DNA of 64,000 nucleotides from a virus: IMG/VR virus record IMGVR_UViG_3300045988_178038, positions 1 to 64,000 of that record; one strand, 5' to 3'. Shown piece by piece: positions 56,038 to 64,000 of this stretch (position 1 is its first letter; each line of letters starts with the position of its first letter). The notes under the pieces were generated by a model. It saw only the letters and a program-made list of their open reading frames with translations, ran no database searches and was not told where the DNA came from. The position numbers and the translations under genes were made by a program.

Positions 56038-57036
56038 ATGGAAAAAATCATTATCTACAAAGGAAAAGAAACAAATTATGCAGTGTCAGAAGAAGGAAAA
56101 ATTTTCAACACAAAAACCCAGCGAGAACTAAAAGGAACTCTCGTAAGAAATGAATATCCTTCAGTTCAACTTAGAATTGATGGAAAAGCAATTTCTTTTA
56201 TGGTTCATCGACTTGTTGCAGAAGCTTTTTGTGAAAATCCAAATGGTTATACAATTGTTGACCATATAAATCGAGATAAATTAGATTGTCGCGCGGAAAA
56301 CTTGAGATGGGTTAGTGCAAAAGAAAATAGTAAAAATGCTACTAGAAAAATTTCATCAATGGATAAGGAAAAGATGGGCGTCTCAGAATGGAAAGAAATT
56401 TCTAATTATAAAGGATATGTAATTAGTAGAGATGGTATTGTTGTAAATACTAAAACAAATAGAAAACTTATTCCTTCAAATAGAAATGGTTATTTACGGG
56501 TAAATTTAGGAACTAAAAAATTATCTGTTCATCGTCTTGTCTATGAAACTTATATTGGCCCAATTTCTGGTTACATTGACCACATAAATGGCAACCGCTC
56601 AGACAATCGTGTTGAAAATTTACGAGATATAACTCAAAAAGAAAATGTAAAAAATACATATGAACGAGGGCGTAAAGATACAATTTCTGTAAAATCTTAT
56701 ACTTCTGATGGAAAATTAGTAAAAGAATATGAAACAATGCAGGCCGCAGCAAAAGACCTAGGAGTTACATTGTGCGCAATACGCGCCGCGTCTCTCTACG
56801 GAACAAAGAGTAACGGTTTATATTGGCTTCGTTCTGATAGTATTACTTCTCCAGAAGAATTCAATAAAAAATTTGGAGATAATGGAAGAGTTTTTACATC
56901 AAACTCGTTCATTGATGACGACGGAATAATTTATAGTAAAGCTTCTAAACACTGTATTCCTAAATTTGTAGATGATGAAAATAATTCATATATTTATCTT
57001 ATTCAGAATGGGAAATATCAAAAGCTAAAAGTCTAG
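56038..57036 (+). CDS. HNH homing endonuclease with duplicated NUMOD4 + HNH_3 modules
   Basis: ATG 56038 behind AAAGGAG; module 1 ...YAVSEEGKIFN...VHRLVAEAF...VDHINRDKLDCRAENLRWVSAKEN; module 2 ...YVISRDGIVVN...VHRLVYETY...IDHINGNRSDNRVENLRDITQKEN. Confidence 0.85.
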   Translation: MEKIIIYKGKETNYAVSEEGKIFNTKTQRELKGTLVRNEYPSVQLRIDGKAISFMVHRLVAEAFCENPNGYTIVDHINRDKLDCRAENLRWVSAKENSKNATRKISSMDKEKMGVSEWKEISNYKGYVISRDGIVVNTKTNRKLIPSNRNGYLRVNLGTKKLSVHRLVYETYIGPISGYIDHINGNRSDNRVENLRDITQKENVKNTYERGRKDTISVKSYTSDGKLVKEYETMQAAAKDLGVTLCAIRAASLYGTKSNGLYWLRSDSITSPEEFNKKFGDNGRVFTSNSFIDDDGIIYSKASKHCIPKFVDDENNSYIYLIQNGKYQKLKV

Positions 57037-57325
57037 ACCTTGAAATCTCTCTAATTGCGGGGCGACCTTAGAGCATTAGATACTAAACTAACCAAGTAAT
57101 TGGTTAGCGGCGAAGTGTAATTGCTTAGGTATAGTAAAAAGTCTAATGATTGGGAATCCGCAGCTAAGACACTGATAGGTGTAAAGTTCAACGACTATCC
57201 AAGGTCAATCTTGGAGTACGCTTCGGCGGATACGGGAGAACCTCCTCGCGCCAGTAAAGTATGTTTAGCGCGAGATAAAGGTAAGATATAGTCTAATCTT
57301 TACGGAAACGTAAAGCTTGTAAATG

Positions 57326-60300
57326 CTAGATTTACAACATTCAATGGAGCTATCTAATGAAACTTTGAAGATGGCTCGTATTGCTGGTATGGAAGCTGCT
57401 AATGCTACTGATGCAATGACTTCTGCCCTTCGTGGTTTTAATATGGAGTTGAATGAGACTTCAGCAAAAAGGGTAAATGACGTCTACTCAGAACTGGCAG
57501 CAATTACAGCGTCTGATGTCCAAGAGCTTTCTACTGCTATGTCTAAGACAGCTTCAATTGCTCATAATGTTAATATGGAGTTTGAAACTACAGCGGCGTT
57601 TTTAGCACAAGGTATTGAAACTACTCGTGAAAGCGCAGAGACTATTGGTACTGCCCTAAAAACAGTTATTGGTCGTTTCTCTGAGGTTAAGTCACTTTAT
57701 ACAAAAGGGCAGTTGACTGGAACTGATGAAAATGGCGAAGAAATTAATGTAAATAAGGTTCAAAAGGCATTGCGCGCGGCTGGTGTAGATATGACTAAGT
57801 TCTTCACAGGTGAAGAAGGGTTAGACCAAGTTTTTTTAGATTTGTCTAAAAAATGGGACAGTTTAGACATAACAGCGCAAAGATTCATAAGCACCATGGC
57901 AGCCGGAAGCAGGCAGCAAAGTCGTTTTATTGCAATGATGTCCAACTACTCCAAAACGATGGAGTTAGTAAATGCAGCAAATAATAGTGCTGGCGCATCT
58001 CAGGAACAATATGAAAAAACGCTCGAAAGCCTTGAAACAAAACTCTCAAAGCTAAAAAATGCTTGGGATGAATTTGTAATGGGACTTTCTAATAATGAAG
58101 TCATAAAAACAGCAGTAGATGTTCTAACGAGTCTACTTCAAACAATCAATAAAATTATCAGTTCTCTTTCAGGTGGAAATGGCCTTATAAAATCAGTCCT
58201 TTCTATAGGAACAGCGATTGGAGGTCTAAAGTTAGGAAAGTCCATTATTAGTTCTCTTATTGGAAATATGGTAGATACAAAAGACGGCGGAATTTTTTCC
58301 AAAGCTTTTGGCACTACTACCTCTCAGAAAAAAGCTGGACTACAAGCGGGAAAAAGCTTTTTGTCTGGACTCTCAGATGCAATAAAGAACAGAAGTCTGC
58401 CTAAGACAGACTATATTATTTCCGACTTTTCAAAAAATTTGACAACTGTTTTCAAAAGTAAGGAATGGAGCTTTGATTTTTCAAACGCAAAGCCAGAAGG
58501 CCTCACGCAATTCAAACAGAATATTACAAACTCTCTATCGCAAGGCGATGAAGCTTCTAAAGCTCTTTCAGCACAGTTTTCTTCTCTTTGGGATACAAAG
58601 AAATATAATGAAGCAATAACTGCTCTTGAAAAAGCTGGAATCCAGATAAAACTGACTGGCGAAGAAGCTCAGCAAATGGGTATTTCTGTATCAAAGACCG
58701 ACAAAGATTTTAGAACAATGGCCATCGCGGCAGGAGTGGCAGCGAGTGCTTTGATGGGACTAGCTACTATTCTTGATAATAATGGGAAGGAAAAAGCGGC
58801 CAATATCGTTCGCGGTATAGCTACTGCTCTAATGGGTCTTATCCCAGTTATTACAATGGTTCAAACTGCTATGATAGCTGGCGCTGAAAGTGTATCTGTT
58901 GCTATCAAAAATATTCCAATTATTGGTTGGATTGCAGCAATTATTTCTGCTGTAATTTCTCTTATTCAAATTTTTTCACAATTTGCTCCAGAAACTCAAG
59001 CCAAAAAAACAGAACGTTTAGCAGAGCAAACCCAGAAGGCAGCAGAGGCAGCACAAGCAGCACAACAAGCTTACTCCAATTTGGTTGAAAGCTTTGACAA
59101 ATATGGAGAAGCTGTTGATAAAATCAATGATTTGACAGTTGGAACTACAGAATGGAAAAACGCACTTCTGGATGTAAATAATCAAGTTTTGGAACTTTTG
59201 GATAAGTATCCTCAATTAGCATCCTATTTGACTTCTGAAAATGGTGTATTAGGAATTTCAGAGGAAGGTATTCAGAAAGCTACAGATATCGCGCAAGAAC
59301 AAGCACGTAGAGCTCAAGCCTTAGCTGTTACAAGCCAGTATGCTGAAACAACTAATCAGAGAAGAATTGCTCAAAAAGGATATCAACAAAACTTCTGGTC
59401 TTATGATCAATATACTGGTAATGTTATCACAAACCCTGAAGCAGCAAAAGCTTTTTCAAATTATCTCAAAGAAAATCCAGATATGACAGCCGAAGATTTT
59501 CGGACTTTGGCTGGAGGTGCAGGGGAAGAACTCTCCAAATTGGCTGATATTACTGGCCTTACTGTCAATCAAATGGCGGATTTAGTAGATATTACTCGTT
59601 CTTATAATAAAGATATGGTAGCTTATGGTCTTCAAGAAGAAAATTACCGTAATGCTTTGGGAGTTTTAGCGGGGGATGTTTCTTCTAATAAACGTTGGAA
59701 TATGGTTACTCAAATGTTTAACCTGGATGAGACTGCTTCTGAAATAGACGCCGCGCGTGATAAATTGGATACGACAATTTCTGAAATGGCTCGTGACTTG
59801 AAAGATCAAGGCTATACAAATATTATGGATTTGACCGGAAGTGACGCCACTTACCGTCAAGTTTATGAAGCCATTACAGGCCAAAGTTCAGAGGGCGTTG
59901 ATATTGACAGTATAAAGGATTATGTAGCTCAATTCCAAGTTTTGAATGGCCAAGTTGAAGAAGCTATTCCAATTCTAAATAAGTTGACAGCAATGAAAAA
60001 CCAAGGTCTAGCTGATGAAATTGCTGGACGAATTGCTGGTGGAACTGGCCTAACGCGAATTCAAGCAGAAAAGCCACTTACAAGAGCTGACTTGCAGGAA
60101 ATGGCATCTCAAATGGGATATGCTAATGACGATGAAATGGCAAAAGCTTTGGGATTTGATAGTTGGACGGCTCTTTTCAATCAGTGGTCACAGGACGCTG
60201 CTTCAATTGCTTCACAGTTTGAAAAAAGGGAGACTGCTGCTGCTAGCGTTATTGGTCAAAACCAAGTAGAAAAAGCAAGCTCTTTGATGGGAGATAAAGA

Positions 60301-63300
60301 CTTCCAAACCTACTCTAACTATCTTGAACAATTGACAACTCTTTATGCTAAAGCAGGGGAAAATGGCGCGCAAGCGGTTGATTTGTTCCAAAGTTCTCTT
60401 GAAGCTTTGATTTCTAATAATCCTCAGTATGAGAAAGAAATCAAAGATATTATTGGAATGACCGACCTTTCTGACTATGATAGTGTCGAAGCAGCAATTT
60501 CTGATATAAAAGAACTTATTCCTGGAGTTGGAGACGAACTCAATAATTTTGAAATTGCTCTTATTCAACTAGGTAAAGCCACTAAAAAAGTCAACTTGAA
60601 AACCACAATGTCTGATTTGACTTCGATGTTAGACTTAGCAGATGAGATTTCTTCTCGCTCTCGTTCCGAAGGTATTACTCAAGACGAACTAGAACAAATT
60701 GTATCTAGTGGTGCTGCTGGCTACTCTGATTTTATGTTTACAGGTCAGGAATTTATTCCAGTAACTTCTACTATGGACGACCTGGCCGAAGCTGTGCGCG
60801 CGAACACTCAAGCCGCTATTGAAAATACTTTAGCGCTTTTGAAGCAAGCGATTAGTGATGGCGAATATGTTGAAGAAATGTTCAATCAAGAGGAATCTTG
60901 GAAAGGGATTTCTGATGAGCAAAAAAATCGAATTCTAAGCGGAGAAGCTAGCGCGACACTTGACGCGAATGTAATTCGAGATGTTCTTCAATTAGACAAA
61001 AGTGCCTCTACGGAAGAAGTTATGTCTAAATATCGCGCCTACATGCCAGATTATTTGAATTTAGCTGATAATCGTTCTCAAGCAGAAAATTATCAGAACT
61101 ATATGGATCAGGCAGCCGCTTGGAACACCGACGCGCAAAATCTCCTCCTACAAGGAAATACAGATGTTCTTGATGATATTGTCAACGCGCGCGAACTAAG
61201 TGGAACCGTTGAAAAACTAACGGATGACTATGAAGCCAATACAGAAAATGGCGAAGCCAACTCTGACATGATGAAAACTCAAGGTGTCAGATATACAGAG
61301 AATGAGAAAAAAATCAAAAAACTTTGTGAAGGTATTGAAGACGTAAGGGATGCTTTTGATAAAGGAACTGAAGCTTTGACCAACGGTGAGACTCCTGCTG
61401 ACGATTATTGGCAAGCTCTTTCTAAAATTGAGAGTAAAGGCCGCCAAGTCTTTGGTGAGAATTTCACTCAAGATTTCATCCAGCAAAATGCTGATTTGAT
61501 TTCTCAGCTGACCGAAGGCGGAGAAGTTGGCGAACAAGCTTTTATTTCCCTTCAACAGAAAATTTCTGAAGCTACTCAGAAAGCGGTTGAGGATTTGACT
61601 TATTTTGATACTAATCTCCAGCAAGTTAGAAGTGCGCTTGACGGGTTAGATGGAGTAAAAGCCGAGTTCAAGGTCAATGGCACTGCTGATGTATCTCAAT
61701 TAGTTCAACAACTAATCCTTGCTGGTAACACAGCGGCTGAGGCCGCGCGGATTGTTGAGTCTTTGACAGGTTCAACTGTTACTTATACTGTTGACTGGCA
61801 GTGGGTTACTCTTCCTACTTCGTTAGCAATGAGTTCCACTTATGCCGGTCTTGAGAAGGCAGGCGCGAGTGGCGGTTTTACTTCTGTAAAAATTCCTAAA
61901 GTTATTCAGGCAGTTGGCACAAAAAATAATTATAGCGGCTCTGGATACTCCGGTTCTTCTAGCGGAGGCGGCGGAGGAGGAGGAAGTTCTTCTAAAGATA
62001 CTATTTGGGAGAATCCTTATGATAAGCTTTATAATTTGACGGAGCAAATCAATGAGGCTCTACGTCAGCGCGAAAAACTTGAAAGAGAGTATGACAGAAT
62101 TCTTGAGCGCAGAGGTTCAACTTTCAAAGAACTTCGTGCGAACTACAATGCTCAAGTCAAGTCTCTTGAAGAAGAAATCAAACTCCAAGAAAAACTGCGC
62201 GCGGGTCGTAAAGAACAACTTGATGCTATTGCCAACGAAAAATATACGGATAGCGAAGGAAATCGTAAGACGTTCGCGCAGACCGGAGCAACGAAATATG
62301 CGCGATATGACCAAAGCCTAAATCGTATTATTATTGATTGGGATGCTATTGATATGATTACTGATGATGACCTTGGTTCTGCTGTTGAGGCTTATGTTGG
62401 TCGTCTTGAGGAACTCCAAGACCAATTTGAAACTACAGATGAAACAATTGAAGATATGAAAGATACTCTTGATGAGTTACGCAAAAGTCAAATGTCTGAT
62501 TATCTTGATTTTGAACAAAGTGTCTATGACGCTCTTGTAAATGCTCAGCAAAAGCTTATTGATGAGTATCAATCTCTGTCTGATAGTATCGCTGATTCGA
62601 ATTCCAAAATTTTGGAAAATCTCCAAGAAAGTATTGACTTAGAGCGTCAAATTAGAGACAATACAAAGACGGAAGAAGATATCAATGAGAAAGAGGCTCG
62701 TTTAGCTTTCTTACGACGTGATACTTCAAACGCCAACGCTTTAGAAATCAAAAAATTGGAAGAGGAATTGAGCGACGCTCGTGAAAATTATTCTGATAGT
62801 TTAGTTGATCAACAGCTTGAACGCCTTACTCAACAAAATCAAGATGCACAAGAGGCACGTGAAAAGCAAATTGAACTTATGCAAGCTCAACTTGATTATG
62901 CTTCTGAGAATGGCGAATTCTGGAATAGAGCCTATGAATTGATAAATGAAGGCTTCGCGGCAGATGGTTCTCTCAATCAAGCAGCTCAATTATGGGAACT
63001 CCTCAAAGCTGATGAAGGCTGGAATGGTCTAAGCAAATTTGGTCAGCTAAATTGGCAAGAAGAAATTTCTAAGGCGATTATCGCTGCCAGCCAAGGCTAT
63101 GCTAACTGGAACATGTATAAAGCCGAACAAGTGGACAAGTCTTTGGTCCTACCAGATGGAACTCTATTGACTTATGATGGGAAGCAATGGAAGGACAGTA
63201 ATGGCAATGTTTATAATGGAATTGATTTTGATTCTAATAAAAATCAATTTACCTATGGTTCGATTGACTATGCTACACCACCAACACCAGGGGGTGGGAA

Positions 63301-63835
63301 CAGCGGTTCATCTAGCGGGGCTGAGAAGAAAGAAATTTCTATTGGTAGCACATTCAATGCCACTGGTGCTCCTATCTATCCATATCCGGGTGGTTCGGCT
63401 CAGCGGCAATATTTTGCTAATGACCCTTACTATGTAGCAATTGGTGAATCTGGTGATTATTGGCTTGCTCGTTGGCATGGAGCTTCTTCTGGCTCAACTG
63501 GTTGGTTCAAGAAAACAGATGTAAAAGCATATAAGACTGGTGGCTTAGCTGATTTCACCGGACCCGCTTGGCTTGATGGAACAAAATCTCATCCAGAATT
63601 AGTTCTCAATGCTAAAGATACTCAAAACTTCCTCATTCTCAGGGACATTTTGAGTTCTGCTGTCAAGAATGCTGGAACTTCAAATAATGGCGGAGATAAT
63701 TATTATGATATAAACATTTCTGTTGATGAAATTGCTTCTGATTATGATGTTGATCAACTCGCGCGCCGTGTCAAGGAACAAATTGTAGAAGATAGTATTT
63801 ATCGTAATGTCAATACAATAAGTTTTATCAGATAA
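57326..63835 (+). CDS. tape measure protein, exon 2 (2,169 aa)
   Basis: LKMARIAGMEAANATDAMTSALRGFN is the canonical TMP core; membrane-like segments near residue 480-560; Gly/Ser run; C-terminal SH3-like segment. Confidence 0.8.
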   Translation, partial: LDLQHSMELSNETLKMARIAGMEAANATDAMTSALRGFNMELNETSAKRVNDVYSELAAITASDVQELSTAMSKTASIAHNVNMEFETTAAFLAQGIETTRESAETIGTALKTVIGRFSEVKSLYTKGQLTGTDENGEEINVNKVQKALRAAGVDMTKFFTGEEGLDQVFLDLSKKWDSLDITAQRFISTMAAGSRQQSRFIAMMSNYSKTMELVNAANNSAGASQEQYEKTLESLETKLSKLKNAWDEFVMGLSNNEVIKTAVDVLTSLLQTINKIISSLSGGNGLIKSVLSIGTAIGGLKLGKSIISSLIGNMVDTKDGGIFSKAFGTTTSQKKAGLQAGKSFLSGLSDAIKNRSLPKTDYIISDFSKNLTTVFKSKEWSFDFSNAKPEGLTQFKQNITNSLSQGDEASKALSAQFSSLWDTKKYNEAITALEKAGIQIKLTGEEAQQMGISVSKTDKDFRTMAIAAGVAASALMGLATILDNNGKEKAANIVRGIATALMGLIPVITMVQTAMIAGAESVSVAIKNIPIIGWIAAIISAVISLIQIFSQFAPETQAKKTERLAEQTQKAAEAAQAAQQAYSNLVESFDKYGEAVDKINDLTVGTTEWKNALLDVNNQVLELLDKYPQLASYLTSENGVLGISEEGIQKATDIAQEQARRAQALAVTSQYAETTNQRRIAQKGYQQNFWSYDQYTGNVITNPEAAKAFSNYLKENPDMTAEDFRTLAGGAGEELSKLADITGLTVNQMADLVDITRSYNKDMVAYGLQEENYRNALGVLAGDVSSNKRWNMVTQMFNLDETASEIDAARDKLDTTISEMARDLKDQGYTNIMDLTGSDATYRQVYEAITGQSSEGVDIDSIKDYVAQFQVLNGQVEEAIPILNKLTAMKNQGLADEIAGRIAGGTGLTRIQAEKPLTRADLQEMASQMGYANDDEMAKALGFDSWTALFNQWSQDAASIASQFEKRETAAASVIGQNQVEKASSLMGDKDFQTYSNYLEQLTTLYAKAGENGAQAVDLFQSSLEALISNNPQYEKEIKDIIGMTDLSDYDSVEAAISDIKELIPGVGDELNNFEIALIQLGKATKKVNLKTTMSDLTSMLDLADEISSRSRSEGITQDELEQIVSSGAAGYSDFMFTGQEFIPVTSTMDDLAEAVRANTQAAIENTLALLKQAISDGEYVEEMFNQEESWKGISDEQKNRILSGEASATLDANVIRDVLQLDKSASTEEVMSKYRAYMPDYLNLADNRSQAENYQNYMDQAAAWNTDAQNLLLQGNTDVLDDIVNARELSGTVEKLTDDYEANTENGEANSDMMKTQGVRYTENEKKIKKLCEGIEDVRDAFDKGTEALTNGETPADDYWQALSKIESKGRQVFGENFTQDFIQQNADLISQLTEGGEVGEQAFISLQQKISEATQKAVEDLTYFDTNLQQVRSALDGLDGVKAEFKVNGTADVSQLVQQLILAGNTAAEAARIVESLTGSTVTYTVDWQWVTLPTSLAMSSTYAGLEKAGASGGFTSVKIPKVIQAVGTKNNYSGSGYSGSSSGGGGGGGSSSKDTIWENPYDKLYNLTEQINEALRQREKLEREYDRILERRGSTFKELRANYNAQVKSLEEEIKLQEKLRAGRKEQLDAIANEKYTDSEGNRKTFAQTGATKYARYDQSLNRIIIDWDAIDMITDDDLGSAVEAYVGRLEELQDQFETTDETIEDMKDTLDELRKSQMSDYLDFEQSVYDALVNAQQKLIDEYQSLSDSIADSNSKILENLQESIDLERQIRDNTKTEEDINEKEARLAFLRRDTSNANALEIKKLEEELSDARENYSDSLVDQQLERLTQQNQDAQEAREKQIELMQAQLDYASENGEFWNRAYELINEGFAADGSLNQAAQLWELLKADEGWNGLSKFGQLNWQEEISKAIIAASQGYANWNMYKAEQVDKSLVLPDGTLLTYDGKQWKDSNGNVYNGIDFDSNKNQFTYGSIDYATPPTPGGGNSGSSSGAEKKEISIGSTFNATGAPIYPYPGGSAQRQYFANDPYYVAIGESGDYWLARWHGASSGSTGWFKKTDVKAYKTGGLADFTGPAWLDGTKSHPELVLNAKDTQNFLILRDILSSAVKNAGTSNNGGDNYYDINISVDEIASDYDVDQLARRVKEQIVEDSIYRNVNTISFIR

Positions 63836-63895
63836 ATCGAGGCAACCAAGGATAAAGCAACTTATAAAAAGATTGAGTAAAGGAGGAAAAAATAG

Positions 63896-64000
63896 ATGGG
63901 CGTTTTAGGTGGAGACTTCATTGGCTTCTCTTTTGATGGTCATCATTCCTCCGACCTTGGGATTATGAGAGTAAGTGATGGAAGCAGGTATAGTGATTAC
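63896..64000 (+). CDS. 5-prime end of the next tail gene (distal-tail-protein position), truncated by the window
   Basis: ATG 63896 behind AAAGGAGG; MGVLGGDFIGFSFDGHHSSDLGIMRV... Confidence 0.5.
   Translation, partial: MGVLGGDFIGFSFDGHHSSDLGIMRVSDGSRYSDY

Larger units (their letters stand above)
55940..57325 (+). mobile_element. group I intron with HNH homing endonuclease in the tape-measure gene
   Basis: AATTGCGGG (57052), CCGCAGCTAAG (57158-57168), GTTCAACGACTAT (57186-57198), AAGATATAGTC (57283-57293), ends GTAAATG; joining 55939 to 57326 keeps the frame: ...LYIQQG/LDLQHSMELSNETLKMARIAG. Confidence 0.75.

Noticed and set aside
57760-63437. Small ORFs inside or antisense to the tape-measure gene (57760..57945, 59018..59215, 59666..59884, 60212..60568, 61217..61624, 61823..62047, 62052..62321, 62117..62314, 62801..62989, 63174..63437)
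   Set aside because: They are embedded in a long, motif-supported ORF, have no RBS and are low-complexity. They are shadow ORFs.
1-64000. Genome-wide stop-codon reassignment (suppressor tRNA plus recoded TGA or TAG)
   Set aside because: TAA, TAG and TGA all terminate well-supported genes at sensible lengths. No tRNA with a CTA, TTA or clean TCA anticodon was found. The single in-frame TGA case (21797) is reported only as a local curiosity.

Overview
This 64 kb window looks like one contiguous piece of a large, low-GC tailed-phage genome of the Firmicutes type. The evidence is GGAGG-type ribosome-binding sites, TTGACA-17-TGnTATAAT promoters, and a CHAP endolysin with a PG-binding domain. All calls come from reading the sequence and the ORF track by hand; no searches were run.

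Layout:
- 1-2.9 kb: a plus-strand tRNA island (Tyr, Gly, Lys, Ile, Met, one CAA tRNA, one aberrant Asp-like tRNA, one orphan 3-prime half). Long ORF-free, hairpin-dense spacers sit between the tRNAs and may be large structured RNAs.
- 2.9-8.2 kb: plus-strand accessory genes, including a ClpP-like protease, a frame-disrupted PhoH-like ATPase, a kinase-like protein and a SleB-like hydrolase.
- 8.2-16.2 kb: a convergent tail-fibre / receptor-binding locus. It contains a sharply GC-rich inserted cassette encoding a tyrosine-phosphatase-like domain, a BspA-type LRR protein, a CHAP endolysin, and an A_AAA_AAC slippery site in an ORF overlap.
- 16.3-27.7 kb: about 35 small plus-strand genes, ending in an RHH protein and a replication initiator with internal iterons.
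- 27.8-30.3 kb: a control region with a roughly 700 bp cytosine-depleted polypurine tract and several repeat families.
- 29.3-38.8 kb: a minus-strand array of self-contained promoter-ORF-terminator cassettes built from a reiterated intergenic module. The module carries 17 copies of the dyad TTAGACG-N5-CGTCTAA.
- 39.2-64 kb: the plus-strand packaging, head and tail module. Four related group I introns interrupt it: two in terL, one nine codons into a tail gene (GIY-YIG endonuclease), and one in a tape-measure gene of about 2,610 aa (double HNH endonuclease).

The observations I would follow up first are the cassette array with its dyad element, the polypurine tract, the candidate giant RNA around the tRNAs, the GC-rich phosphatase tail-fibre cassette, and a frame-independent excess of GCGCG/CGCGC pentamers.

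Several single-nucleotide frame problems suggest that indel errors in the assembly must be excluded before any recoding is claimed.
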